Below are positions 37,310 to 53,361 of a stretch of DNA of 64,000 nucleotides, in pieces. The notes under the pieces are model-generated. The model had not been told where the DNA came from, did not search any database, and worked only from the letters and a program-made list of their open reading frames with translations. Every line of letters starts with the position of its first letter. The first letter of the stretch is position 1. Source of the stretch: Octopus sinensis. Taxonomy: Eukaryota. The DNA is taken from NCBI RefSeq assembly GCF_006345805.1, contig NC_043003.1, positions 17,050,001-17,114,000 of the forward strand, given 5' to 3'. A program made the position numbers and the translations under genes.

Positions 37310-37557
37310 GCACCTTTTTTAAAGCCCTTGCCAGGCTCGTGGGCCCAGTTTTCCGTTTTCTAAGGCGTATATGTTCCCCAGCTGGACGAGACACCAGTCC
37401 ATCGCAGCGTTACTCATTTTTGTCAGCTGAGTGGACTGGAGCAACGTGAAATGAAGTGTTTTGCTCAAGAACACAATGCGTCGCCCGGTCCAGGAATCGA
37501 AACCACAATCTTACGATCATGATGCTGACACCCTAACCACTAAGGCACGCGCCTCCA
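37310..37557 (-). mobile_element. SINE family B
   Basis: matches the B consensus. Confidence 0.9.
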
Positions 37558-37975
37558 CTCGATTAATATATTTCAGGTGTGTTAATGTTTTTTCGAGGGA
37601 AGAGTGAAAGGAGTGTTTTCTCTCGCCAGCAATGCGTTATATAGGCAAATTGGTCGATTCAGTTTAGTTTAGCCTTTAGTATTAGTGGATTTATAAGCAG
37701 TATCTCTATGAACAGTTAATGACAGTACTCAGTACCTATGAAATTCCAACACAAGATTAACACCAACTATATGCATACATACATGCGTATATGCATAAAA
37801 CATACATGTGTGTATGTGCGTGTATATGTGTTTGTATGCGTGTGTACGTACTGCGTGTGAGGCTGTGTGTGGTGTACAGTCTCTCTTTTTATCTCAACGA
37901 AGATATTGTACATGGAAACAATTTGTTTATATTGTTCAGTAAGTATAGTGTATTATAAATATCTATCGATATGTA

Positions 37976-38930
37976 CAGGGTGAGAACGATATTTGAGGAC
38001 AGGTTTATGGTTTAAAAAACGCTTTTTATTATAGTAACAGAAAATAACGCTTTTAATTATAATAACGCTTTTAATTATGATAACAGAAAAAAACTGTAGT
38101 TTTATAAAAAGAACATAAACATAAAGCTAAATTATCAATTTAATAATTTCATCCAATAGAACTACCATAAGCATCAATAACTACCTCTACGCGGGGTCGA
38201 AATCGTTTACAAGCTCAGATTAAGTGATCCTTCTTCATATCGGACATGACTCGAACTATGGCGGCTTTCAAAGAATCTTTGGTGCTATGAGGTGTTCACT
38301 GACATTTTTCTCAACGATGCTCCATACATAGTAGTCCAGTGGATTGAGATCTGGAGAATTAAGAGGCCAAATGTTGTCGGCCATCCATTCTTGTGTCATA
38401 TGAGCCTTGTTATGGTGCAGAATCTTGTTGAAAGACATGAGGCCTTCCATTGTAATTACATCCAAGGCTTAACAACTTTACCCAGAACCTCAATATACGC
38501 AGCAGCATTAACCCTAAGGCTTTGCGGAAAAAAAGAGAGGAGGCATCACATGTCCTTCATTGCTAACAACAACCAAAACCATAACACTTCCAGGGAATTT
38601 TGTGTGCATTACTCTTGGAACATCAGAAGGGTCTGCACTTAGGCATCTGTCATTTCTTCTGTTAGTTTTTAGTCCTGGTCAAAGTTTTTCTCATCTGAGA
38701 AAAACCAAATCACACCATCTTCCGATGGATTTTTAAGTTTGTTCAAAAGTCTTTTGGATTTGACTAAACGGTTTCCGTTCGTTTTTTTTTCTACCATGAA
38801 TTGATCTCTCCTCATCACGTAAGATTTGTATCTGATGTCTCCATTCACAACATTTCTGATTATTTTTTCTGACACAAGAATTGTTTTGCAATTGACCTCA
38901 TTGATTTTCCTGAATTGTCTTCAAAGTTTA
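37976..38930 (-). mobile_element. decayed Tc1/mariner DDxD (maT-like) transposon, interrupted by a SINE-A tail at about 38930-39050
   Basis: TA+CAGGGTG terminus; IWFFSDEKNF and WPLNSPDLNPLDYYVW motifs; many stops and frameshifts. Confidence 0.85.
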
Positions 38931-39559
38931 GATAGAATAAGTACTAGGCTAACAAAGAATAAGTCCTGAGGTCGATTTGCTCGACTAAAGGCGATGCTGC
39001 AGCATGGCCGCAGTCAAATGACTGAAACATGTAAAAGAGTAACAGAGTAAAAAGTATTATTTCCAGCCCCTCATCTCTTAAAGTATGCATCTTCATGCGT
39101 CTTTTATATCATGAATACACAAGAAAAACAAAATGATCATATCATGATTGTTATAACTATAACAAGTACAAATATACCTCGTAAATGTACCACTAGATGT
39201 TGGCGTATGTCGCTTATCAACTGACAGCTGTTCCGTCTGCAATGATATCAGCCATGGAAAGAGAAAAAAATACCAAAAATGAAAAACAAGAGATGGGGTT
39301 TGGTTGCTAGGTCAGAAACTGAAGTGTTAAAACTGAAGCGTTACCGAAATGGAAGGATAGAAACCATACAGTTTTTTTTTGTGTACATGTTGCGAAAGTG
39401 AGTCACGGTTAACCAATGCTTAAATTTTGTTGTATTTGTTTATTTAGATTTTCTGGCTTATCTTGGGGGTTTATCAAAATGTCATTCCACAACAAATATT
39501 TAATTATCATTTGAAATTCTTGATGTTTACAGATGTGACTTTACAGATGAGCAGTGTGT

Positions 39560-39574
39560 GTATTATGTCTATAT

Positions 39575-39622
<48 letters not shown>

Positions 39623-39776
39623 TATATATATGTCTATGTATATATATGTCTATGTATATATATAATATTTATATATGTCTATATATATATATATATATAT
39701 GTCTATATTATATATATATATATATATACATATAATATGTCTATGTATATATATATAATAATATATATATATATAT

Positions 39777-39807
<31 letters not shown>

Positions 39808-39813
39808 GTCTAT

Positions 39814-39853
<40 letters not shown>

Positions 39854-39854
39854 G

Positions 39855-39889
<35 letters not shown>

Positions 39890-39993
39890 TATATTATGTA
39901 AATATAATATGTATGTATATTATATGTATTATATATATATGTATGTATATATATATGTATGTATATATATATGTATGTATATATATATGTATG

Positions 39994-40024
<31 letters not shown>

Positions 40025-40069
40025 TATATATATATATATATGTATGTATATATATAATATTATGTATAT

Positions 40070-40110
<41 letters not shown>

Positions 40111-40243
40111 TATATATATATGTATGTATATATATATGTATGTATATATATATGTATGTATATATATATTTATGTATTATAATATAATATGTATGTATAT
40201 ATATATGTATGTATATATATATGTATGTATATATATATGTATG

Positions 40244-40282
<39 letters not shown>

Positions 40283-40296
40283 TATATATATATATG

Positions 40297-40339
<43 letters not shown>

Positions 40340-40340
40340 T
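39560..40340. repeat. long (TA)n/(TATG)n microsatellite
   Basis: direct reading. Confidence 0.95.
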
Positions 40341-41110
40341 ATTATAAAAGGCAGATTTTATCTGCCTCCCTTTGGGAGTTATACAAATCTACAATATACG
40401 ATTTCTTCAATTACAATTTACCTGGCATTTTTAACAGTACAATGCATCGCGTCATGCCAGGTCCAGTTTTTAAAATTTAAACTCCAATTAAACAAAATTT
40501 ACAGAAAACTCACATTCTGGTGTGTGTGTCAAATGCTTTTCTTAGTCTGCTTTACACCACACGCAAACGCACACACACAGTGTGCGACGAATAAAATGAA
40601 AGTAAATGTAATATTTGTTTCTGTCTATCACGCTGATAGATACATGAGTAAAATGTATGGGAAGCTAACAGATAACAGTGAGTGAAAATGTTCTTGGAAG
40701 AGAGTAAATTAGCGAGTGATTTGAGCAAGACTAAACTGAAAGTATGAAACAGTGTTTATGTATAAACAGACGACACTTATATAAACCCTTTTGTTACCAA
40801 ACCGCCCGAATTTACCTATTCATATTTAAATGAGAATATCAGAGTAAATCTCTTTAGTACATTCGTGAAAACACGTATTATACTTCGTAAACACTTCAAA
40901 TACAGTTTTGTACAAAAATCGAAGTGTAATTTTAATTCCGTGAATTACGGGAGATTTTTTTCCGAAATTTGTTCCTATTGTGTTTTCAAAATTTGTAATT
41001 CTGACAAAAAATGGATACGAATTTCATTATATCAAGCAGCGAGTCAGAATTCGAAGGATTTTCTACTGAAGACCTTCATAAATCTAACTCTATGACTGAA
41101 AAAAAAAACA

Positions 41111-41508
41111 TCTTTATATAAGAGTGAAGTTGTGTGTCTGTCCCCTTCGATTTAGATACATAACTACTCCCACATTTTGCGGTGCAGTTTAACCAAAAGC
41201 GAGTATCTTATAGTCGTGATTCATATCGAGCCCTTCTGGGTATTAGCGCGCGTCTACGATGAGTCTACGATTTAAAAAAAAATTTACCATCATATTTTTC
41301 CATTTTAATGCATTTTTTTCGCTTTTATATAAGGGAAGTAACTCTCTAAAAATATCTACGATGTGTCAACGATTTAAAAAAAAAATTTACCTTAATTTTT
41401 TTTTCAATTTTTAATGCATTCTTTTGCTATTTTTTGGCTATAACTCTCTAAAAATGCTTATATAGTTATTTCCCTTACAACCCGAGCAACGCCGGGCGAT
41501 ACTGCTAG
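41111..41508 (+). mobile_element. non-autonomous Helitron-type element
   Basis: A|TC...hairpin cccgagcaacgccggg...CTAG|T; internal tandem repeat of about 115 bp. Confidence 0.8.
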
Positions 41509-41534
41509 TACATATATATATATATATATATGTC

Positions 41535-41583
<49 letters not shown>

Positions 41584-42139
41584 TATATATATATGTATGT
41601 ATGTATGTATATGTAAGCAACAAAGAAATCCGAAGATAATGCTAATTTTACGCGAACTGCAAAAGGACACAGAGCACTTTTACAATTTGAAATTTTTATA
41701 TTACATAATCCCAGACTAATTCATACTTCACATTTCATTTGCACGTAAATTCATCCACAAATAAACGCGCGCGCGCACACACTCTTACAGACACACACAT
41801 ATTCACACATACACAGCTGATGCGCACACGCACTAACATATAAGCAAATATATACGAGATATCACATAAATGCAAACATATCCAAATATATATATAAGAT
41901 ATATCACACATTCATATATATGTAGATACACACATATATGTATGAAATATAAGTCAGGTAGCAACGGTAAAAAATGACGGGGTTCATCTAAGTACAGATT
42001 CAACCACGCAAGCATGAATTTTGCAGAAATATCATAGAGATGTTGGATGGTTAAGAATATTACTTTATCTACCTTTGTCATCTGTCAATAAACATTCTTA
42101 CTCTCTCGTTTTCTCTCTCTTCTTTTTATTCTCTTTCTC

Positions 42140-42550
42140 TCTTTTACTCTTTTACTTGTTTCAGTCATTTGAATGCGCCCATGCTGGAGCACCGCCTTAA
42201 GTCGAGAAAATCGAACCCAGGACTTATTCTTTGTAAGCCTAGTACTTATTCTATTGGTCTCTTTTTGCGGAACCGCTAAGTTACGGGGACGTAAACACAC
42301 CATCATCGGTTGTCAAGCGATGGTGGGGGTGGGGGGGCAAACACAGACACACAAACACACACACACATATACATATACATATATACGACGGGCTTCTTTT
42401 AGTTTCCGTCCACCAAGTCCACTCACAAGGCTTTGGTTGGCCCGAGGCTATAGTAGAAGACACTTGCCCAAGGTGCCATGCAGTGGGACTGAACCCGGAA
42501 CAATGTGGTTGGTAAGCAAGCTACTTACCACACAGCCACTCCTGCGCCTA
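42140..42550 (-). mobile_element. SINE family A, full length
   Basis: reverse complement of the consensus. Confidence 0.9.
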
Positions 42551-44062
42551 TAGCTACTTACCACACAGCCACTACTGCGCTTATACTGTTGTCATCGCAA
42601 TTTTTTTTCTTTTTCTCTCCTTTATAGTCGCATACTCTGTTTTCCTATCACTCCTTTCTAAGCTGTTTCACTCTCCTCACATTTCTGTTATACTTTAGCC
42701 TCGTTTTCCCGTTTATCCATTTGCTTTTCTTACCATCATAAGTCAGTCTGTAAAACTGTTAAAGCGTCGGACAAAACATCTTGAGGTTTTTTGTGCCGCC
42801 TCATTGCGTTCTAAGTTCAAATCGGACCGAGGTCCACTTTGCTTTTCACCCCTCAGAGTCAACAGAATAATTCATTAGTCAAATTCTAGGGCGTACTCCG
42901 TGTTTCCATCACCCCCTTCTCTCTTTTAGATCAGACTACGCTGTAAGAAGGGCGTACGGGACTACTCAAAGAAGACTCCTCCTTTATTACAATGAAAGAA
43001 GGCGGTCTTAAGGGCCTTCACAAGAGTACAGCACATGGTGATGATGTATCTGCTTCCATGCTCCCACTCTTTCTCTTTCCCTACAATTCTCAAATGATCT
43101 CGGGCTCTTCGTTGTTTTTTACTCTCTCTCTCTTTTTCTCTCTCTCTCTCTCGCGCGCGCGCTCTCTCTCTCTTTGTCTCTCTCTCTTATATCTTCATCT
43201 ATCTGTCTTTCTCTTTATACGTCTGCCATGTTTCAATACTCGGTACAATGTACTTCTTCCTTCCCCACCACTCACGCGTTGCCGTTCTATCTTTAAGTTT
43301 TCATCTCTTGTCATTACGCATTTCGCTTTTCTCTTCCCCACTCTCTTTTCTCTAATCAATCCATTTCACTTCTCTATTTTCTTGATCAACTTCTTGATTT
43401 GAACTATAAACTCTGCCTTGCTGTGCACTCATCGTGAACTTACTCTCTCTCTCTCTCCCATCATCATTTTCACTCCCAAGCATATGCAGTGTTCTCCCAC
43501 TATCATTCATTTTATGGTTAAATTATCTCACTCTCTCTCTCTCTCACTCACTGTCTCTCCCTTCCCTCTTTTTCTTACCACTCCAATGACGAACTCACTC
43601 ATTCCTGAATCGCAACAGACCGTCAAACAGAATAAAAGACACCTGATAACGTTTGTGTGTGAGCGCGCGCGTGTGTGATTATGCGTGCGTTTGCGTACGA
43701 TGTGTGTGCGCGCGCGTATCTGTGAGAGTTTCCTATTTCTATTAGAAAGGTGAGTCCAACAAAATGCGATATGTTTCGTTCAAGATCGCGATGGGGGACT
43801 GCAGTACTACGTTAGTAACACTCAATGATACCGACTTACATATTCTCCTTCATTCTTTTATTCTTTTACTTGTTTCAGTCATTTGACTGCGGCCATGCTG
43901 GAGCACCGCCTTAAACGGTGTTGGTCACAGAAATCGACCCTAGGGCTTATCTTTTGTAAGCCTAGTACTTATTCTATTGGTCTCTTTTGCTAAACCGCTA
44001 AGTTACGGGGACATGAACAAACCAGCATCGGTTGTCAAGCGATGGTGGGAAGACAAACACAA

Positions 44063-44119
<57 letters not shown>

Positions 44120-44760
44120 ACAGATCTCTCTCTATATATATATACACCGGATGTATTTTTTCACCACTAATAACAGAGAGTATTCGCCATATTTTCTTCC
44201 ATAACTGACTCTAATGAGCGTAGGCTTATGCAAGCGGTCTGCTATCGAGTATCTGGTTTAACACCCAGTGGAAACTTATTGATAAGATCTGCCGTAAAGG
44301 ATATATATATATATATGTGTGTAACTATATAATATTATACACTTCAACTGGCACACACACACACACACACACGATGGCGTTCATGTAGTTTTCGTTTACC
44401 AAATTCACTCGCAAGGTATTAAGCGTCCCAGGTCTACTGCAGGAGGTTCTTGAAAAGGTACTGCGCAGTGGAACTGAATCCGAAACTGCGTGACCGCAAA
44501 GCGAGCCTCTTAACCACAGAGATATATACTTTTACACTGATGATATTTTAAAACAAAACCGACGGTAAGAAACACATTGCTCTCATGGAATGCGTCCTTA
44601 CCCGAAAGTCGTTTCGTACCACTGATAACAATATAGAATCACAGCAATATATGTCGGACAGTTGTTTAGACAATGCACTTCAAAGCAAGCAACAAAGCTG
44701 CCGAAAATAAACGCATATCGCTTAGAAATAAGGTTAAAATGGAGTTTTGTTTATCTAACA

Positions 44761-45136
44761 CTAGCAGTATCAGCCGGCGTTGCTCGGGTTTATTTCGACC
44801 CTCTAGAATTGGAATTTTCGAAAAGTAAAAATTTTGCATTATGTAGCTTGTTATTCTCTTTAAGTGAACATTTTTCTGATTGAAATACACTGAAAAAATG
44901 GCGACACAGCAGTCAAAAAATCGTAAAAAATAGGGATTTTCATAGAAGAAAAGCACCTTTTTGATGTAAATAATTTTTGGTGTTAACATGGTCCGATTTG
45001 AATTTTTTGTTCTACGGAATGAAGAGCAAGCCTCCTTCTATCATACTCTCAATTTTGGTTAACTTGCGCCGCAGGGTCTCGGAGGAGATAATGTTAGTTG
45101 AAGGCTACCAAACCTGCCATACACAGACAACTTCAG

Positions 45137-45183
<47 letters not shown>
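44761..45183 (-). mobile_element. non-autonomous Helitron-type element
   Basis: same 3' terminus as 41111-41508 (plus strand ctagcagtatcagccggcgttgctcggg) and similar 5' TC-(TA)n-aaagctgaagttgt; different interior. Confidence 0.8.
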
Positions 45184-45569
45184 TGTATGGCTTAGAAACA
45201 AAATGAAAAGGGGAAGAGAATCTTACAAACATTCATGGTGATAACGTTTCGCATGAATCAATGAAGCACAAATAGGACATTGTACCCGGTTGAAGAGTGT
45301 GGCAGTAAAAGTTTGAAAGAAATATCTGAAGGAAAAAAAAACGAACGAGGAACGGAAATAGTTTTCGTTGTTATACATTGAAGTAAATGCACAATTCCAC
45401 CAAATGTATGTATGCGTGCATGTGTGCATGTATGCATCTGTCTCTCCTCCTCTCCTTCTGTCTCCTCTCTTTCTCTGACTTTGTCTGTCTGCCTCTTTCT
45501 TGGTGAAATTCTTCTCTCTCTCTCTCCACACACACACATATACATACATATGTATATATACACGCACAC

Positions 45570-45576
45570 ATACTCA

Positions 45577-45639
<63 letters not shown>

Positions 45640-45676
45640 ATATATATATATATGTGTGTGTGTGTGTGCGTGTATG

Positions 45677-45708
<32 letters not shown>

Positions 45709-46004
45709 GCATATACATACACATGCATATAAATGCATATATATGCATATGTATATGTATATGCATGCATGTATACATCATACATTTGTGTATGCGGTGT
45801 GTGTGTGTTATGTATATATATATATATATGTATGTATATATATATATTATATATATATATATATATATGCATATACATACACATGCTATAAATGCATATA
45901 TATGCATATGTATATGTATATGCATGCATGTATACATCATACATTTGTGTATGGGGTGTGTGTGTGGATGTAATATATATATATATATATGTATATGTAA
46001 TATA

Positions 46005-46039
<35 letters not shown>

Positions 46040-46050
46040 CAAATACAAAA
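45570..46050. repeat. compound microsatellite with an internal duplication of about 160 bp
   Basis: atatgcatatacatacacatgc...catcatacatttgtgtatg occurs twice. Confidence 0.9.
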
Positions 46051-46786
46051 GGGAACAGCGTTGTTTAAAATAATCTCACTTAGGAAAATAATAAGTAAAC
46101 AGAGCGCTGACTGCTGACTCTCTAAGCTATCATCAGCAGAAACCTAAGGTGAGCATGACTCCTCCTTATTCTCAACGAACCAGTCATTTCCAGTTGTGAC
46201 ACACATACACCCGCCACATACGCGCATACGATGTTGCGTACAGGTTCCCAACCAACACACATCTCTTATCTTGTACTTGTTTCAGTCATTGGACTGCGGC
46301 CATGCTGGGGCATATAGTCTTGGAGGGTTTAGTCGAACAACTTGACCTGAGAGATTGCTTTTTTTTAAAATCTGGTACATATCTGTCGGTTCTCTTTTGT
46401 CGAACAGCTCGTTGACAGGGACGTAAACAAACCAACACCAGTTGTTAAGCGGTGGTGTGAGACGAACCCAAACACAAAGACACACACACACATATATATA
46501 TATACATACACACATACATACATGTATGCACACACATGCACACACACATACGACGGATTTCAACAAAGTTTCAATCTATCAAGTTCACTAATTCCTCACA
46601 AGAACTTGATCAACCTGGGGTCGCGCTGTGGGACTGAAACCGAAACCGTGTGGCTGCAAAGTGAGATTGTTAACAAAACCACCTTTGAAATCTGACTGTC
46701 GATCAATAAATAATACTCTTCTTGTAAGACTAAGTACTCCTTTCGTCTTCCTTTCACACACACACACACAGACACACACACACACA

Positions 46787-46826
<40 letters not shown>

Positions 46827-47214
46827 CACATACACACATAAACGCATACATAACATTTCCTCAAAAGTCGAGTCTGTATGACTCGCTACCCAGAGTTCCT
46901 TGACTCCTGTCCTTAACCACTAAAGGACTGAGACTGAGGGACTCGTGAGTAGCAACTCACACATTGCTTTGCAACGAATAAATATTATTCCATTCGATTC
47001 AACAAAACTGGGTTCTTTACTTCGATCAATTATATTTAACACACCTGTAATACAACCAACAAAGCATGATGTATCCGATAAGAATCGCACTCTAAATTTT
47101 AGAGCAGTAATACTTAAAATATCGTTGGTTATGGTAGCAGCTTTCGCACCTATACGATTCCTAGCGATATAGGAATGGTCACTCTCCAACCGGCCATAAC
47201 CGACAACCATTTAG

Positions 47215-47930
<716 letters not shown>

Positions 47931-48471
47931 TCCGAATGTATGCAGGGGAAGTCACAGCAATAAACATATAAAGCGATAGATATTAAACAAATTCACATTT
48001 TCTCTCTGTCGGCTGACGCCGCGAACACCGTTGTTTCCTCTTCTCTCTCTTCCACCGTTCTTCCCTCTCATTTATCTTCGCTTTTTCTTATCTGCTTATT
48101 TATCTCTTCCATGTGACCTTCCAGGGACTTTATCTCACATTCTCCCACTCTCATACTCTATTTTTCTTCCTGTCTACCTTTTCCTTCTTCTCTCTCTCTC
48201 TCTCTCCTCTCTTTTCTTCCTGTCTATCTGACTGTTATATACATATATATGCTTGTATTCCTCTCTCTTCATTATCTTCCAATGTTTCTCTTTCTCTTTC
48301 TCTATCTCACCTCCGCTCTCCCTCCTCCCCTCCCTCATTCGTTCTCTTCCTGTCTATCTGTCTGTTTCCCCTTATCACCGTACTTATCTCTCTGTCGCTG
48401 TGTAAGTCTCTCTCTCTCTCTTTCTCTCTCTCTCTGTCTCTACCTCTCTTCGCACATTGTGCGGTCTACTG

Positions 48472-48505
48472 TATAAGGAAGTGCACCACGACTGCCTCTC
48501 AGTGT
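48472..48505 (+). promoter_or_regulatory. candidate Pol II core promoter (TATA-like plus Inr)
   Basis: TATAAGG at 48472 and TCAGT with A at 48501 (TATA at -29), just after a long pyrimidine tract; GTAAGT donor near 48827. Confidence 0.3.
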
Positions 48506-48935
48506 TCAGCGTCGAATAGCGCTGAGTTTTAACCGAGAGTTCTGTCTCTGATACTAGTTACATATATGGCTAACTACAAGCAGGGATTGGGTTTCTTAAG
48601 CTTTCACTTGGATTTTTAGCATACCACCAAATGCAGCTATTTTAGGTTTCTGTAATGGTTCAGACTCAACCTTTCTCTCTTAGATACAATTTTTTTTTTA
48701 TATTTATCATTTTTTTCTTCACCTCCCCCACTCATCTATTTTGTTTAAATTTTCCTCCCAGCAAAATCTTTGACGAATATTTTTTTTAATCATATATTTT
48801 ACATTCTTTAATCAAATTGTCATTTTGTAAGTTTAATGTCAATATGTCACTTTACACTACGGCTATCGTGGTGTGGTGTAGTTGACAGCGGCCTCGGGGA
48901 ATAAATCAAATTAAAAGACGTGTAAAAGCACGGAC

Positions 48936-49915
<980 letters not shown>

Positions 49916-49956
49916 ATTATAACGTATGTATGTGTGTGTATGCGTGTGTATGTATG

Positions 49957-49987
<31 letters not shown>

Positions 49988-50705
49988 TTGTGTGTGTGTA
50001 TGTATGTGTGTGTGTTTGTGTGTGTGTATATGTATGTTTGTATCGAAAGGGCATGCATGGGTATTTAGCTTAAAAAGCTCGTTTGGCAACTACATATTTT
50101 CGTATTCGGTCCGACGGCTAGGGCACCCTAGGCAGGTGCAGAAATCCGTCATATATATATATATATATATAATATATAATATATATATATATATATACAT
50201 ACATGTGTGTGTGTGTGTGTGTGTGTGTGGTGCGTGTGAGATTGTGTGTTTGTGTATATATATATAATGTGCGCCCGTGAATTTGCGGGTTATTATTGCG
50301 CGAACATATGTAGACATACATGAACATATATGTATATTACCTGTACTATGTACATACATACATATATACATACACATATACATACCCCTATGTGTGCTTA
50401 GGGGTAGTGTGCTAGAGTGCTTAGGATACGTATGCTTGCATACAAAGTATGCACACATGAGTACTTGCGTGTGTGTGTGTGTATGTGTGTGTGTATGTGT
50501 GTACATGCACATATGCGAAAATATTCACTCACATACACACGTTCATATTTCATATTGGCACATACACAGACATTCTGTCTATCTTCACTTTAAATATATA
50601 TTTATAACAAACATATAGAAAAAAAAAGTTGCACCAGTATACCTGCACCCCAGATATGTATGTACATTATGTTTTATACATACATATATATATATAGAGA
50701 GAGAG

Positions 50706-50754
<49 letters not shown>

Positions 50755-51036
50755 TACATCATACATCATAACCACAAATGCACGCAACAGGGAAATGAAT
50801 CAAAACCCAAATAGCTATATAGAGCTAAATAAATAAATAAAGAAATAGATAATATTTATGTGCGTGAGTGGGTGTATAACCACAGAAAAACACCAAACTG
50901 TTATAAACATATACAAAGGCTGACAGATATCCTCACGTATATACACACACACTTAATCGTACACAGAAGCATATATACACATATTTTTGTTCATACATAT
51001 GTGCCTACGCGTGTATATATATATATATATATACAT

Positions 51037-51126
<90 letters not shown>

Positions 51127-51237
51127 TATAAATTTAAATAATGACGGTGATAATTGAATATTAATTTAATTATCATCAATTTAAAACCAGTGGCCTAGCG
51201 TACAGAAAAATTTGAAAATTCAGAAAATATTGTATTA

Positions 51238-51376
51238 CATGCGTATAAGTGGGTATGACCACTAAGTGGACATCCAATATGCTAGAAATACGATCAAACA
51301 CAAAGGTTAGATCGTAGGTGATCTATTTCTAGCATATTGGATGTCCACTTAGTGGTCATCCCTTTTTATACGCATG
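51238..51376. repeat. 139-nt hairpin
   Basis: atgaccactaagtggacatccaatatgctagaaata / tatttctagcatattggatgtccacttagtggtcat, plus inner tacgatc/gatcgta. Confidence 0.85.
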
Positions 51377-51478
51377 TTATATATATATATATATATATAT
51401 CTCTGTGTGTGTAAATCGACAGAATGAAATAAAAAATCCAAGGCTGTAAATAGTTTTCAGAGCATTTATAAAGAAAAG

Positions 51479-51526
51479 GTCTTACAGCTGTTTCCGGGAT
51501 ATTTTATATATCTCTTCATCAGAGAC
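51479..51526 (-). ncRNA. type-I hammerhead ribozyme
   Basis: gtct CTGATGA a gagatat ataaa atatccc g GAAA c agct GTA agac; stem I gtct/agac, palindromic AGCT loop III. Confidence 0.75.
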
Positions 51527-52449
51527 GGTGCGAGAAAATGTTTGAGTATTGATTATTGTAGAGAAGATATGAAATACAGAGGGAAGTAAGAGAATGAAAA
51601 TACGCACGCGTGCGCATCCACACACATATATATATACATAAGTACATATTCCTACATGTTTATATGTTTGTGTATAAATATATATATATTATATATTATA
51701 TTATACATGTGTGTGTGTGTGTGGTGTGTGTGTGTGTGTGTGTGTCCTGTTGCTTGCATTTGTATTTGTGTACCATTTTTCCGTTCTTTTCCCGTCCTTG
51801 TTTTCGAATACATTCGCTGCTTTCTTCCAAGGAATCTGGTGCTCTACGCTTAGATTTTCCTTGGGGCTGCCCAGATTGGAGCAGTGTCGAGTATAACCAG
51901 TCGAAAGTGCAAAGATGACCTGGAACTCGACTGAGGAAAGAAAATTCCGAATGACCCGCCCTTGTTTTATCTTTTCCCTTTTTCAATCATCTAACTGTCT
52001 GGATTTTTTCTTGTCGCCTGTTGCGTTCTTGTCCCATTTTTTGTATTCTTATATATATATATAAAGATGTAAAGTTGATTATTCGCAATTTACAACAAAA
52101 AGGCATAAGTACAGTTGTCACTAAAGTGACCGAGGATGTTACTCAGCACCAGCATTGCTAGAAATAAGAGTCAAAACAACTCTTTGCCACTTGAGAGCAC
52201 TTATCTAACGACTGACAAGGGAGACAAGCACCTTGTGGCAAGTAAGATGGAGTCATATCATCGATGGTTTCAGATATGATTAATCTTCATCATTGACCCA
52301 TTATTCCGTCGCCGAGTGCTAAAAACTCAACTCACCTCGTCAGTCTTATAGAGAACACTACAGGAAACGTTGAGTGATTCCGAAAATGGACTGAGAATTA
52401 TAAATTATTAGGGTGGCTATGCGCAATTTACAACCGAAAGACACAAGTA

Positions 52450-52488
52450 TTTTTTATATATAATATATAGATATATATATATAATATA

Positions 52489-52533
<45 letters not shown>

Positions 52534-52861
52534 GATCGTTTAATATTGTGTGTGCAAGATTTTATTGGCTAAACTGGCAATATGACCATTCCGAAATATA
52601 ACAATATATTATATTATATATAATTATATGTATGTATGTATGTATATATACATATGTATAATTATATATATATGTATGTATGTATGTATATATACATATG
52701 TATATATATATATATCTATATGTATGTATGTGTGTGTATGTATATATATATATATATATCTATATATGTAGTGTGTGTGATGTAGTATATATATATATAT
52801 ATAGTATGTATGGTGTATGGAATATATATATTATCATATATAGATATGTATGTATGTATGT

Positions 52862-52907
<46 letters not shown>

Positions 52908-52952
52908 GTGTATGTAGATATATTATATATATTATATTATATCTATGTATGG

Positions 52953-52991
<39 letters not shown>

Positions 52992-53230
52992 ATTCTATAT
53001 ATATCTATATATATAATATATATGTATGTATATATATATATATATTTATGTATATATATGTATATCTTATATATATATGATGTATATATATAGTATGTAT
53101 ATATATGTATTATATATATATGTATGTATATATATATGTATGTATATATATATGTATATATATATAATGTTATATAAGATATGTATATATATATATAAAT
53201 AATATATATATATAATATTATATATATAAT
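52450..53230. repeat. (TA)n/(TATG)n microsatellite
   Basis: direct reading. Confidence 0.95.
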
Positions 53231-53326
53231 ATAAGGTTAATCCAAACGGGAAAACAAAAAAACAACACACGTGGAACAATTACAGTATTATTATTATTAG
53301 GCGCTCAGGAAAATGGAAGAAGGAGG

Positions 53327-53361
53327 GTATGACGTTTCGAGCGGAGCTCTTCGTCGGAAAC
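53327..53361 (-). ncRNA. minimal hammerhead-like motif with CCGACGA core
   Basis: gttt CCGACGA a gagc tcc gctc GAAAC GTC atac; repeat context shared with 59918-60125. Confidence 0.55.

Noticed and set aside
51850-51950. Hammerhead in the 25850/51740 family (ggctg...ccagtc GAAA; CTGAGGA aagaaaattcc GAAT)
   Set aside because: The first lacks CUGANGA and the second lacks a paired stem II; at best relics.
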